Source of the DNA: a candidate division WOR-3 bacterium
GTDB taxonomy: Bacteria; Hydrothermota; Tepidihabitantia; Tepidihabitantales; Tepidihabitantaceae
Direction: 5' to 3'
DNA length: 45,923 nt
NCBI GenBank assembly: GCA_030612625.1
Contig: JAUWNN010000001.1
Location: 1 to 45,923 of the forward strand
In this document: in pieces, positions 16,535 through 26,560 of the stretch
Layout: each line of letters begins with the position of its first letter
Position numbering within the stretch: the stretch's first letter is position 1
The notes under the pieces: generated by a model
Seen by the model: only the letters and a program-made list of their open reading frames with translations
What the model was told of the DNA's origin: nothing
Database searches by the model: none
Program-made: the position numbers and the translations under genes

Positions 16535-17134
16535 CTAGAACTCGTAGGTGAGGATGCCCTTCTTCTCGGTAATCAACTGTCTGGCCTGCATCGAGTCGAT
16601 GATGCGGGCGACGTCCTGGCGCGACAGCTTCTTCTGGAACATGGCGGATATGGCCTGGGCCAGGGTCTTCCGCTTGCGCGGCCGGGACCGCTTCTCCATC
16701 TTGCCCAGCAGCTCGACCACGCGCCGGACGTTCGGGTCCTCGGGCGGCGCGGCAGCAACGGCACCCAACTCCTGCAGGTTGATGATGCGGCGGCACTTCA
16801 GGCCCTTGGCGTTCAGCCCCTTCAACAGCGGGTCGAAGCCCTTGTCCTTTGACAGCACGATGCACTCGGGCCGGGGCGACCGCTCGAACATGCCCCCGAG
16901 AGGGCAGGCGATGAAGAAGTCGAGCGCGTTGCGGCCGTCGCCCGTCACCTTCTGCCACTCGACGCGGCTGCCCAGTTTCTGGGCGCTCGTCACCAGCTCG
17001 ATCGGGACGTTCTTCTGGCTCGCGCCGACGAAGATGACGATGCGGTAGTTGTCATTCAGTCTCGAAAGGTCGACCTGCTGGATGTTCTCGAAGTCAACGA
17101 GCAGCAGTTTCGGCCGGTCTGGTTCTTTTTTCAC
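16535..17134 (-). CDS. NYN/PIN-like (LabA-like) domain protein with atypical codon usage
   Basis: LLLVDFENIQ and IVLSKDKGFDPL resemble the two acidic motifs of LabA/NYN nucleases. GTG start after GAGGA. In about 54 codons I counted, GC3 is about 80%, versus about 58% in the first 45 codons of dnaK. Several shadow ORFs overlap it, consistent with high GC. Confidence 0.5.
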   Translation of the reverse strand: MKKEPDRPKLLLVDFENIQQVDLSRLNDNYRIVIFVGASQKNVPIELVTSAQKLGSRVEWQKVTGDGRNALDFFIACPLGGMFERSPRPECIVLSKDKGFDPLLKGLNAKGLKCRRIINLQELGAVAAAPPEDPNVRRVVELLGKMEKRSRPRKRKTLAQAISAMFQKKLSRQDVARIIDSMQARQLITEKKGILTYEF

Positions 17135-17398
17135 ATATCCTCACATTCGACTGTTACGGGCGTTTCTCAGAATCCTCCGGCAACCGGGATTCGGGACCCG
17201 GCGCCGGTGGTCCTTCACACTGCTACAACCTATATCCAATTCCGGGCAGATGTCAAGCTGGAAGCTGTGACCCAAGAACCGGAATAGAACCATGAAGACA
17301 GGAAACGGCTGAACCGCAGATTACGCAGATTGTACAGATAGGGGTCCGGAAAGGAATCTGCGTTCATCGGTATTCATCTGCGGTTACTTCTGTTTCGT

Positions 17399-17511
17399 GG
17401 ATTGGACGGCGCTTTGCGCCGGGCCGGATAAAAATGGGAATTCCTTTCTTATCAAAGTCTGCCGCGCAGCGGCATCCTTCTTTCGTGGCCAATCCTGTAT
17501 CGGTTTTCGGG
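17399..17511 (+). repeat. 113-nt repeat module, inverted partner at 38857-38970
   Basis: The reverse complement aligns with 38857-38970 at roughly 85-90% identity (cccgaaaaccgata[c/t]aggattggccacgaaagaaggatgccgctgcgcggcagac...ggaattcccatttttatcc...cgccgtccaatcc). Partial copies lie at 128-150, 29117-29162, 32893-32925 and 45683-45706. Confidence 0.85.
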
Positions 17512-17606
17512 CTGTGAGCGGTCAGCGGACGGCGCATCAGCATCTGTACGTCTTTCTTGTCAATCTTCATGGCGGCGGGAGTGTAGGTAACGTCCCCAGC
17601 AACCGC

Positions 17607-17894
17607 CGAGACCAAGATTTAGACAAAGGCCGACGCAAAGGCTCGGACAAAGACCAACGGAAAGGCTGAGACAAAGACCGGCACAAAGACCAGGACCAAG
17701 GTCGAGACAAAGGCCGAAACATAGACCGAGACAAACGCCGAGACAAAGGCCAACACAAAGACTGAAACAAAGACCAGGACAAAGGCCGGCACGAAGACCC
17801 GGACAAAGACCGGGACTAAGACCGAGACAAAGGCCAACACGAAGGCTGAAACAAACTCCGGCACAAAGGCTGAAACAAAGACCGGCGCAAACGC
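17607..17894 (+). repeat. Phased 12-nt degenerate tandem array, 24 units, consensus NNNR-ACAAAGRC
   Basis: 24 consecutive 12-mers with no indel (cgagaccaagat, ttagacaaaggc, cgacgcaaaggc ... cggcgcaaacgc). Confidence 0.9.
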
Positions 17895-18528
17895 TCCCCT
17901 AAACGGCCCCTGGGAGACCCACCCCGAGATTTCTTACGGCTGCTTTGCCCATATCGGGATATAACTCTGTGGAAGGATGGAATGGAAGCGAAGCAGATGG
18001 CGCAACTGTTCCTCTTGTCACCCCGCTCTGCTCTGAGCATAGCCTGCCCTGTGCCAGAGGGGCAGGTGCCGTCCGACGGCTCACCTGTCGAAAGGTGCCA
18101 TTCGATGGCTCAAGGGTCTCTCTGCCCAGCCGTCGGCTGCAAGCTGTCAGCGGCGGGCGAGGGTTGTCATTGCGAGGCCGCAAGGCCCGTGGCAATCCGA
18201 CGCCCTGCGTCGCCCTGAGTTTGACGAAGGGTCTCTCCTGCTGTCGGCTGTCAGCGGTCGGCAGTTCGCGGTAAGCGGTGGGCGGAAATGGGTATTATGT
18301 CCCCTTATCTTCCCTTAATATCCCATGTCCCCTTAATATCCCTGGTCGTCTTTCGTGTCAATCTCCATGGCAGCGGGTGGGAGATGCGTATTGTGTCGCC
18401 TTATCTCCAAAGGAGCATCGTTATCGGCTATTGACAAGAGGCTTTTCATAGAAGCGTCACCGTTTGTTCTCCAGCGGCTTAAGCGCCCGGGGTGGAAATA
18501 GGTGGTTGTCCCTAATTAGCCCTATGTA

Positions 18529-20106
18529 TTATCTTAGCAGGCATAACCGTGTCTGGTATGTCTTGCCATGCGCGTCCTGCCAACATGCGTGATAGACGCC
18601 GCTGGGCAGTACTTCTCCGGTTTGCCTTCGGCTGTTCCACGACGCGTGCCCTGAGGCGTCAGTCACTGCTTTCGTCACCAAACGGCCTGCAATGTCGCGG
18701 ATCTCGACAGCTCTTCCACCGTTGGCCGGAATACAGAGGTTGAAGCAGCCCCGACTCGGGTTGGGTCGCACGACCGCCGCGGGCATCGTCACCTGACTCT
18801 CTGCTTCGATGCCAACACTGGGGTTGGGATACTTGATGACTGTCTGGGCCCCGTAGCTCGTGCCGCCAACATAGATACAGCCGGAATCATCCAGAAGGAC
18901 TCCGTGAGGGGCACCGAGGTCGAAAGGTCGTCTGCCGTGGAAATGACCCCAAAGGACCTGCCCTCCTGAGTCCAGTTGAGCAGTAAGCCACCCAGAGCTG
19001 TCGTCTGGCGTAGAGCACAAGCCGGAGATGTAGCTGCGTCCCTGTCCGTCTGCGGTTATTCTTCTGGGCTCTGCTATCCCGGAATGCAACCCAAACACGG
19101 TGGTCCACAACGATTCTCCGCTAGGTGAGTACTTGACTACCGCAAAATCTCGGTCCTGGCCGCCACTGTTGTACCAGATGCATCCGCACACGAGGATGTT
19201 GTCATTGCCATCGATTGCAAGTCCATAGGCTCCGTCATGGCTGTGGGCTATCCAGTCGAACCTCCTCACCCAGAGTTCCTGTCCTGCGCTGTTATACTTG
19301 ATCGTCACCCAGTCACCCTCTGTACTACCTCCATCACTTTCTCCAACTACGATGACATTGTTTCGTGAGTCCAGTCTGACCTGCAGCGCCTGGTCATTAT
19401 CATGACCCGGGCCGTCGTAGCGTTGCACCCACTTTTGTGTTCCGGCAGAGTCGAACTTGAGCGTGACACAGTCCTGCCTACCAATTACTCCGTCGCTTAC
19501 TCCGCACACGTAGACATTGCGGTGCCCATCGACCACTATGTCCCAAGGACGGTCCGAATCGTCAAGCGGTCCGTTGTAGCTGGAGGTCCAGTCGATTGTC
19601 CCGGACGTATCGAAACGGAAGACTGTGATGTCGTAGTCGTTGCCACTAGTTTCGCCTGCGATGTACAACTTGCCGCGTCCGTCCAGCGCCAATGCTACGC
19701 CTCTGCATGCGCCAGAATCCGGAGTTATGTATCGGGATACCCACCTGACGTTCCCCAGAGAGTCCAGCTTCAGTGTTAGCATGAACCGATGCCTCGGCTG
19801 ATCCGTGTGTCCGGTGATATATGAGTTGCCGAGCGCGTCTATCGCCACATCGTAGCAGTATTCTCGTCCGTGTTCGGGCGTGTCGTACACCGTTTCCCAG
19901 AGCCTGGTGCCATCGGTGCCGTACTTGACCGCCACAATGTCTTCGGGAATGCCTCTTGAGGGGCCAGCGATGCAGACCCGGCCGACGCTGTCCATCGCCA
20001 TCGCAAACCCATGAGCTGAGCCACGTGACCTGACCCAGAGTTGGCCTTCGGCGATTGCCATGCATGCCAAACAGAATCCAATTGCTCCGACTACCGAACG
20101 TAACAT
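18529..20106 (-). CDS. Secreted SBBP-type beta-propeller repeat protein with T9SS C-terminal sorting domain
   Basis: Start moved to ATG 20106 (RBS GGGAGG), giving the signal peptide MLRSVVGAIGFCLACMAIAEG. Repeated Y(D/N)GPxxxxDxxxxVxxDxxGNxYVxGxS units. C-terminus: VVRPNPSRGCF...GVYHACWQ...TRLCLLR. Confidence 0.75.
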   Translation of the reverse strand: MLRSVVGAIGFCLACMAIAEGQLWVRSRGSAHGFAMAMDSVGRVCIAGPSRGIPEDIVAVKYGTDGTRLWETVYDTPEHGREYCYDVAIDALGNSYITGHTDQPRHRFMLTLKLDSLGNVRWVSRYITPDSGACRGVALALDGRGKLYIAGETSGNDYDITVFRFDTSGTIDWTSSYNGPLDDSDRPWDIVVDGHRNVYVCGVSDGVIGRQDCVTLKFDSAGTQKWVQRYDGPGHDNDQALQVRLDSRNNVIVVGESDGGSTEGDWVTIKYNSAGQELWVRRFDWIAHSHDGAYGLAIDGNDNILVCGCIWYNSGGQDRDFAVVKYSPSGESLWTTVFGLHSGIAEPRRITADGQGRSYISGLCSTPDDSSGWLTAQLDSGGQVLWGHFHGRRPFDLGAPHGVLLDDSGCIYVGGTSYGAQTVIKYPNPSVGIEAESQVTMPAAVVRPNPSRGCFNLCIPANGGRAVEIRDIAGRLVTKAVTDASGHASWNSRRQTGEVLPSGVYHACWQDAHGKTYQTRLCLLR

Positions 20107-20239
20107 TGGAATCCTCCCGATTTCCTGTTTCCATCGCCCGGGGAGTCTTGGGGACACAACGCTCAACCTCAAGAATTCGGCCACGCTGCCCATTCGGCTC
20201 TCACGGTTGGTCGTGTGGGCAGCGGCCTCCTTTCCCACA

Positions 20240-21301
20240 CTACTCTTTTCCATGGCTCCCACCCTCGTCTGAATCCGGTCCGGTTTGGTTTTTCTTGAGG
20301 AAAGCCTTTAGGGCGTGGTTCACTACACGTTCGAAGAAAGCCACAGGAGGTATTCGTCCCCTCTCTCTCCAGTATTTCCTCACCAACTCCTTTTCCTGCT
20401 TTCGCATAGCACTTGCCCCGGTGTGCGGCGAGCCAGCCTGAGACTGGAAAGGGAAGCCATCGTGAAGCGCCAGTGAGCGTTGGTCGTAGATGCTGGCCGA
20501 AAAGTTGTCCAGAAGCTCCCGGCCTATCCCGCCGAATTCGTCCGGATTTCCAGCACTCCAGAACTCGTCGTTTATGTGTTCTCGGATGAATTTGACGAAC
20601 TTCCGTCTCTTGTAGCCTTTTTCGTTCAGCAGACCTTCGACTCTCTTTCTGACTTTGGCCTGCAATTCCGGTGAGGCTATTTCACCAACAAGCCTGGATA
20701 TGTCACTTCGCTCGGCCGCGAGCGACAGCGGTCCGATTTCGCTGTGTTTGCTGACAATCTCGATGGCCGTCACGAGATTTAAGTATGCCCCGGGCGGGTC
20801 CTCTTCGATTTTGGCTATTGCTCGACGGTACCACTCCGCTGCCCACAGGAAATCATCCTGGAGCTCTGGCTTGAGCCGTTCTGACATGCTGAACCAGTTC
20901 CTCAGTTCATTGAGTTTGATTTCACCTTCACTGAGGTTAGGAGCAACCGGTTCGCTTCTACCCTTATTGACTGGCTCCGGCTCGCAGTCTCCAAGCACCC
21001 AGTTTGGTCCAAGTTCGAGCCTCCGCCCAAGGAACAACGAAGCCAGAGCCACTAGTTGTCGGGCTACTCCGTGAGGTTCCTGTTCCAGGCGAGTCTCGAT
21101 TGCTAGCTCCAGCTTCTTGCTTTCTTTCTCGGGTTCCCCGCCGATAGTGAATCGGTAGCAGCCATACACGAATTCCCCACTCACAGGCACATCCGCCGTT
21201 ACATCAAAGCTTGCGCTGATTCTTTCAGAGGAGCCGAGTCCAAGTGCTTCTGCATTGCGGATGAAGGCTGGTTTCTTGTCGGCCTGCTCTGAGTTTTCCA
21301 T
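20240..21301 (-). CDS. Hypothetical protein, possible HEPN-like C-terminal domain
   Basis: About 353 aa with no signal peptide. The alpha-helical C-terminal half carries an Rx4H motif (YDQRSLALHDG) near the C-terminus. The start is uncertain (ATG 21301 chosen; TTG 21340 is in the ORF track). Confidence 0.4.
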   Translation of the reverse strand: MENSEQADKKPAFIRNAEALGLGSSERISASFDVTADVPVSGEFVYGCYRFTIGGEPEKESKKLELAIETRLEQEPHGVARQLVALASLFLGRRLELGPNWVLGDCEPEPVNKGRSEPVAPNLSEGEIKLNELRNWFSMSERLKPELQDDFLWAAEWYRRAIAKIEEDPPGAYLNLVTAIEIVSKHSEIGPLSLAAERSDISRLVGEIASPELQAKVRKRVEGLLNEKGYKRRKFVKFIREHINDEFWSAGNPDEFGGIGRELLDNFSASIYDQRSLALHDGFPFQSQAGSPHTGASAMRKQEKELVRKYWRERGRIPPVAFFERVVNHALKAFLKKNQTGPDSDEGGSHGKE

Positions 21302-21340
21302 TACACCCGTCAGCATAAGAGAAAGACGGCTTGACGTCAA

Positions 21341-21740
21341 CCAAAGGATGAGCCAAAGGTTTTGAAAGCAGAAGTATCGGTGCGAGAACGGGCCTCAAAA
21401 CGGGCTTTGAAAAAGGTATCTGAAAAAGGTATTTGACAAGGTATCGCAGAAGGGCTGAAAAAGGCCTGGGAAAAGGCCGCTGAAAAGCGAAGGCAGAACC
21501 TTCTGGGGAACGGGGGAGGGGTAAATGGCGAATTCCGAATAACGAATGGCGAATCAAGGGGTTAGGAGGAATTTGGGGCTTGATGGGATATGACTAACTG
21601 GTATTGTCGGTCCATTCTCGTGCAGGCGGCGAGGAACCGGAGAAGTCAGAGTTCAGAAGTCAGAGACCAGAATGCAGAAAGCCCGGGCCGGAGTTCTGAC
21701 TTCTAGTGTCTGCATTCTGACTTCTGCATTGTCCTGTCTT
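21341..21740. repeat. Repeat block: short irregular GAAAAGG-type array, conserved flank module and a long imperfect inverted repeat
   Basis: An irregular 11-13-nt array lies at about 21340-21492 (tttgaaaaaggt, atctgaaaaaggt, atttgacaaggt, ctgggaaaaggc ...). The flank core is at 21523-21566. The inverted repeat cagaagtcaga...gaatgcaga / tctgcattctgacttctg spans 21641-21730. Confidence 0.75.
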
Positions 21741-21902
21741 GCCTGGTGCCACGGCTTAACTGGCTGGAAATCAATACGTTATCTATGTGCTGGCAAGAGA
21801 CTTACTCGGATGCCGAATGTCGAACACCAAGTGATGATTTGTGCCAGGTGATGAATCTGGAATCGGAGACCGGCTTAAGACCGTCTAAGACTATGATAGC
21901 GA

Positions 21903-22520
21903 ATGGGTAAGACCAGAAAAGGCCCTGTTACAAAGCTCAAGCATCGAGTCAGCGAGCTTGAGCAGGAATGTGTCGATTATAAGGACAAGTATGTGCGGTC
22001 TTTGGCTGAGTTTGAGAACTATCGCCGGCGCACCCAGCGTGAGTTTGAGACGGTGCGCCAGACCGCTATCGAGGGTCTGCTGGCTGAGCTTGTGTCGGTG
22101 CTGGATAACTTCGACCGGGCAGTGGCAACAACGCACTACGCATTACGCCATACGCAACACGCCGCGAAGGCCGGGACCACGCCGCAGGACAAGGACGCCG
22201 CAATGGTAGGAGAAACCACAGAGGCACAGAGAACACCGAGTCAGAGACTGGACAAGGTGCATGAGGGCATCGTGCTCATCAGGCGGCAGTTGCAGGACGC
22301 TCTTGCCCGGCACGGGTTGGTGGAGTTCAGTTGTCTGGGTGAGGAGTTCGACCCACGCAGAGCTGAAGCGGTGAGTTTTGTCCACACTGACGAGCATCAG
22401 GCCGACACGGTAGTGGAAGAGCATTGCAAGGGATACTGCTGCGAGGACAGGGTAATCAGGCCGGCAAGAGTCGTGGTGGCCAAACCCAGGGCCAAGGCAC
22501 GAAGTGCGACTGACGAATGA
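21903..22520 (+). CDS. grpE: Nucleotide exchange factor GrpE, with a lineage-specific in-frame insert
   Basis: KYVRSLAEFENYRRR, LLAELVSVLDNFDRA, EGIVLIRRQL, FDPRRAEAV. About 46 aa separate DNFDRAV from EGI, versus about 14 in the E. coli and B. subtilis GrpE sequences as I recall them. Confidence 0.9.
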   Translation: MGKTRKGPVTKLKHRVSELEQECVDYKDKYVRSLAEFENYRRRTQREFETVRQTAIEGLLAELVSVLDNFDRAVATTHYALRHTQHAAKAGTTPQDKDAAMVGETTEAQRTPSQRLDKVHEGIVLIRRQLQDALARHGLVEFSCLGEEFDPRRAEAVSFVHTDEHQADTVVEEHCKGYCCEDRVIRPARVVVAKPRAKARSATDE

Positions 22521-22598
22521 CGACTTTCGAATGCCGGATTTCTTACTTTCGACACTCGCAATTCGACATTCGGGCTTTACGCAATAAGGAGGATTAAC

Positions 22599-24512
22599 AT
22601 GGCAAAGGTTATTGGTATTGACCTTGGAACGACATTTTCATGTGTGGCGGTGATGGAGCGGGGCCAGCCGGTGGTGATACCGAATCCTGAGGGCGGCCGC
22701 ACCACGCCATCAGTAGTGGCTCTGGGTAAGGAGCGGCTGGTCGGAACACTTGCCAGACGGCAGGCGGTAATCAACCCGGAGACTACGGTCTATTCCATCA
22801 AGCGGTTCATGGGCCGGCGATTCTCTGAGATTGGTGAGGAAACCAAGAAGATGCCTTTTGAGGTGGTGCCGGCTGACAACGGCGATGCCTGGATTGAGGT
22901 GGGAGACAAGAAGTACTCGCCACCCGAGATTTCGGCGATGGTTCTCCAGTACCTCAAGAAGGCGGCCGAGGCGTATCTGGGCGAAGCGATCACCAAGGCG
23001 GTCATTACTGTGCCCGCTTACTTCAATGACTCGCAGCGTCAGGCCACAAAGGATGCGGGCAGGATTGCGGGTCTGGAAGTGCTCCGGATTATCAACGAGC
23101 CGACTGCAGCATCGCTTGCCTACGGTCTTGACAAGAAGAAGTCGGAGCGGATAGCGATTTTCGACCTCGGGGGCGGCACTTTCGATATTTCGATTCTGGA
23201 AATAGGCGAAGGGGTTTTTGAGGTGAAGTCCACCAACGGCGATACCCATCTGGGGGGCGACGACTTTGACCAGGAAGTCATGGACTGGGTGATTGAGGAG
23301 TTCCAGCGCGAGAACGGGACAGACCTGTCCAAGGACAAGACCGCAATTCAGCGCATCAAAGAGGCGGCCGAGAAGGCGAAGTGTGAACTCTCGACATCAA
23401 TGGAGACAGCAATCAATCTGCCGTTCATTCATGCCGATGATAAGAAGGGCCCCTTGCATCTTGACTTGCGGCTGACCCGGTCCAAGCTTGAATTTCTGGT
23501 GGATGGTCTGGTCCAGAGGATTCAGGGTCCGTTAAAGCAGGCGCTGACTGATGCGAAGCTGACACCCCAGGACATAGATGAAGTCATCCTGGTCGGTGGA
23601 CAGACACGGATGCCCAAGGTGCAGCAGGTGGTGCGGGACTTCTTCGGCAAGGAGCCGCATAAAGGCATCAACCCGGATGAGGTGGTGGCGGTTGGGGCAG
23701 CGATTCAGGGCGCAGTACTGGCAGGTCAGGTCAAGGACGTGGTGCTGCTGGATGTTACCCCGCTCTCATTGGGGATTGAGACCCTGGGTGGAGTGTTAAC
23801 GAGAGTTATCGAGCGCAACACTACTATCCCGACCCGCAAGAGCCAGGTTTTCACTACGGCCGAGGACACCCAGCCCGCGGTTACGGTTCATGTCCTTCAG
23901 GGAGAACGGGAGATGGCCGCGGATAACAGAACACTTGGCCGGTTTGAGCTTACCGGAATTCCGCCCGCGCCCAGGGGAATTCCCCAGATTGATGTGACGT
24001 TTGACATTGATGCGGACGGGATTCTCCATGTTACTGCCAAGGACAAGGCTACGGCCAAGGAGCAGAGCATCAGGATTACCGCTTCTTCGGGCCTGTCCAA
24101 GGAGGAGATAGACCGGAAAGTCAACGAGGCTCAAGAGCACGCTGCCGACGACCGAAAACATCGGGAACTGGTTGACAGCCGCAACAGAGCTGATACGCTT
24201 ATCTACCAGACCGAGAAGACGCTCAAGGAGTTCGGCGACAAGGTGGCTGCCGACGTGAAGAAGAGTATAGAGGAGGCGACAAGCAGTCTCCGTTCAGCGA
24301 TGAAAGGCGATGACAAGGCAGCCATCGATACCGCAATTGAGCAGTTGCAGAAGGTCAGTTACAAGCTGGCCGAAGAGATGTACCGTCAGAAACAGACCGA
24401 AACCACAGATGCGACCGGTGCCGGTGCTAACCAGTCCGGTCCGAAGAAAGAGGAGCCGGGCAAGAAGGTTGATGCCGACTATACGGTCATTGATGAGGAA
24501 GACAAGAAGTAA
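22599..24512 (+). CDS. dnaK: Molecular chaperone DnaK (Hsp70)
   Basis: [36 protein letters not shown]; RBS AAGGAGG. Confidence 0.97.
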   Translation: MAKVIGIDLGTTFSCVAVMERGQPVVIPNPEGGRTTPSVVALGKERLVGTLARRQAVINPETTVYSIKRFMGRRFSEIGEETKKMPFEVVPADNGDAWIEVGDKKYSPPEISAMVLQYLKKAAEAYLGEAITKAVITVPAYFNDSQRQATKDAGRIAGLEVLRIINEPTAASLAYGLDKKKSERIAIFDLGGGTFDISILEIGEGVFEVKSTNGDTHLGGDDFDQEVMDWVIEEFQRENGTDLSKDKTAIQRIKEAAEKAKCELSTSMETAINLPFIHADDKKGPLHLDLRLTRSKLEFLVDGLVQRIQGPLKQALTDAKLTPQDIDEVILVGGQTRMPKVQQVVRDFFGKEPHKGINPDEVVAVGAAIQGAVLAGQVKDVVLLDVTPLSLGIETLGGVLTRVIERNTTIPTRKSQVFTTAEDTQPAVTVHVLQGEREMAADNRTLGRFELTGIPPAPRGIPQIDVTFDIDADGILHVTAKDKATAKEQSIRITASSGLSKEEIDRKVNEAQEHAADDRKHRELVDSRNRADTLIYQTEKTLKEFGDKVAADVKKSIEEATSSLRSAMKGDDKAAIDTAIEQLQKVSYKLAEEMYRQKQTETTDATGAGANQSGPKKEEPGKKVDADYTVIDEEDKK

Positions 24513-24593
24513 CGGTCGGAGGTGTAGTCAAACTGAGTATTGTGAGGAGGTGGATTCTTCCAACCGGTGCATAGCCGGTCCGGTAAATAACCG

Positions 24594-25730
24594 ATGCCGA
24601 TAACCAAGCGGGACTACTACAAAGTCCTGGGAGTCTCGCGCAACGCCGGCCCGGCTGACGTCAAGTCGGCTTATCGCCGGCTGGCGAAAGAGTACCACCC
24701 GGACCGCAATCCAGACAACCGGGCCGAGGCTGAGGAGAAGTTCAAGGAGCTGTCCGAGGCTTATGAGGTGCTGGTTGACCCGAACAAGCGGCGACTGTAT
24801 GACCTGGGCGGACACGAAGGGGTTTCCCAGCAGTTCGGTCCGGGCGGTTTCGACTTCAGACAGCACTTCACCCATGCTGATGACCTTACAGACATATTCG
24901 GAGACCTTCTGCGCGGATTCGGCCAGAGAAGCGGGACAGGCGGACTGTTTGATCTCCTCTTCGGTGGAGCCCGGGCCCAGCGAAGTTCCCAGCGGGGCGG
25001 TGACATTGTCATCAGGATGAGGCTTTCCCTGGAGGAGATTGCCGAAGGCGTGACCACGGAGGTGGCTTTTCCCCGATATGAGGCTTGTCCGGAATGCGGC
25101 GGCAGAGGAGGAGCCGGTAGCGAAGTCTGCCCGACCTGCCAGGGGCAGGGCCAGGTGCGCAGGCAAACCAGTTCCTTTTTCGGTCGGTTCGTTCAGGTTG
25201 CATCATGTCCTGACTGCGGGGGCACGGGTACCCGGGTGAAGGGTAAGTGCAAGAAATGCGAAGGAAGCGGGAGGAGGCGGCACCAGCGAACGCTCAAAGT
25301 CCGGATACCGGCCGGGGTTCTGGCTGGGAACTACATCCCTTTGCACAGAGAAGGCCATTACGGGCCGGGCGGCAAAGGGGATGCGCTTATCGAAATCGAG
25401 GAGAAGAGGCACCCATTGTTCGTTCGCCAGGGAGACGATGTTGCGGTTGAAGTACCGGTGCCGATTGCCAAGGCGGTACTGGGCGGCAAGGTGAAGATTC
25501 CGACCCTCAAAGGCGAGAAGCAGATTGACCTGCCCGCAGGAATCGCATCTGGAACCGTATTGCGGGTGCGTGGTGCTGGAATCAAGCATCTGCACGGTGG
25601 CAGGGGTGATGAACTGGTCCGGGTCGTTGTTCACATACCCAAGAAGCTCTCAAGCAAGGAGAAGCGGCTTTGGAAAGAGCTTGCCGAGGACCAGAGTGAA
25701 CCGGTACCTTCCCCAAGGAGGTCCAGGTAG
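24594..25730 (+). CDS. dnaJ: Molecular chaperone DnaJ
   Basis: J domain (DYYKVLGV...YHPDRNP), G/F region and four CxxCxGxG zinc-finger repeats. Confidence 0.95.
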   Translation: MPITKRDYYKVLGVSRNAGPADVKSAYRRLAKEYHPDRNPDNRAEAEEKFKELSEAYEVLVDPNKRRLYDLGGHEGVSQQFGPGGFDFRQHFTHADDLTDIFGDLLRGFGQRSGTGGLFDLLFGGARAQRSSQRGGDIVIRMRLSLEEIAEGVTTEVAFPRYEACPECGGRGGAGSEVCPTCQGQGQVRRQTSSFFGRFVQVASCPDCGGTGTRVKGKCKKCEGSGRRRHQRTLKVRIPAGVLAGNYIPLHREGHYGPGGKGDALIEIEEKRHPLFVRQGDDVAVEVPVPIAKAVLGGKVKIPTLKGEKQIDLPAGIASGTVLRVRGAGIKHLHGGRGDELVRVVVHIPKKLSSKEKRLWKELAEDQSEPVPSPRRSR

Positions 25731-26497
25731 TGGAGCTTTACTATCTTTCCGACCTGGGAGCGAAGAATGGAACTGTCACTATTATCGGGCCTGAGGCTCG
25801 TCACATTTCACGGGTGCTGCGCCACGTCCCTGGGGACCGAGTCTATGCCACTGACGGGCTGGGGGCTGAGTACGAGCTCGAGTTGTGCGAACTGTCTCTG
25901 GAAAAGGTTATCGGGAAGGTTTTGGGCCGGCGGGTGCGGCCGCGCCAACCCGATTGCCGGCTGACGCTTGCTCAAGTGATTATCAACGGTGACCGGCGGG
26001 CGCGGGTCGTGGAAGAGGTTACTCAACTCGGGGTGAGTGAGGTGATTCCTTTGAAGACCAGACGGACTGTTGGCGGTCTTAGTGATGTGAAGCTGGCGCG
26101 GCTGCGCAAAGTGGCGACCGAAGCGATGAAATGCTCAACCCGGACTGTGCTGCCTGAAATCGGCCAGGTGATGGAGTTGAACGAACTTGCCGGCCGGGTG
26201 GCAGAATATGAGTTTGCCGGGGTTGCTTATGAAGGAGAGCAGGACTATGGGCTGGCAGATGTGTTTAACCGCAGGGCCGAGTCGGTCTTGCTGGTTGTCG
26301 GGCCTGAGGGCGGGTTCGAGCCGGATGAAGTGACGGCGCTGAAGGCGGCCGGTGCCCGGTGTTTTTCAATGGGGCCCAGACGGCTGCGGGCCGAGACCGC
26401 CGGAGTGGCTGCGGCAGTCCTTGCCCTGCAACTGCTCGGCGAGCTTGGCGGTTCGAGAAAGGATGCCCGTCTGAGGCGGGCAGACTCTGAGGAATGA
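25730..26497 (+). CDS. rsmE: 16S rRNA (uracil1498-N3)-methyltransferase RsmE
   Basis: PUA-like N-terminus (EARHISRVLR) and a SPOUT C-terminus (LLVVGPEGGFEPDEV...GPRRLRAETA). The GTG start overlaps the dnaJ TAG. Confidence 0.85.
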   Translation: MELYYLSDLGAKNGTVTIIGPEARHISRVLRHVPGDRVYATDGLGAEYELELCELSLEKVIGKVLGRRVRPRQPDCRLTLAQVIINGDRRARVVEEVTQLGVSEVIPLKTRRTVGGLSDVKLARLRKVATEAMKCSTRTVLPEIGQVMELNELAGRVAEYEFAGVAYEGEQDYGLADVFNRRAESVLLVVGPEGGFEPDEVTALKAAGARCFSMGPRRLRAETAGVAAAVLALQLLGELGGSRKDARLRRADSEE

Positions 26498-26560
26498 GAA
26501 GTGAAGTCTATTTTGGCCCTGGGCTCAGCGCGGGCCACAGAAAGGAGGTGTTCCTGAACC

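Larger units (their letters stand above)
17135..18528. repeat. 1.4-kb non-coding block of mosaic repeat modules
   Basis: Contains the cccaagaaccggaatag module, the 17399-17511 module, tctttcttgtcaatcttcatggc (also at 2197 and 18346), a 12-nt array, a ggcc-gcaa-ggcc hairpin (18176-18187) and gctgtcggctgtcagcggtcgg words (also at 1330). Confidence 0.8.

Noticed and set aside
17364-17615. Mini-ORF starting MKIDKKD that recurs in the tctttcttgtcaatcttcatggc module (minus strand here, also at 2123-2215 and MEIDTKD at 18330-18372).
   Set aside because: No copy has an SD sequence upstream. The downstream sequences and lengths differ completely between copies (31, 83 and 11 codons). The related 38857-38970 copy has frame-breaking indels.
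21641-21730. Long imperfect inverted repeat as a MITE with terminal inverted repeats, or as a bidirectional terminator.
   Set aside because: The arms pair only in two blocks (11 bp and 8-9 bp) separated by a bulge. No target-site duplication or second copy is visible in the window, and no gene ends nearby. I treat it as another module of the mosaic family.
21741-21902. CIRCE operator (TTAGCACTC-N9-GAGTGCTAA) or an hrcA gene upstream of grpE.
   Set aside because: No match to the CIRCE inverted repeat is visible, and no hrcA-like ORF precedes grpE. The region instead borders a repeat block.
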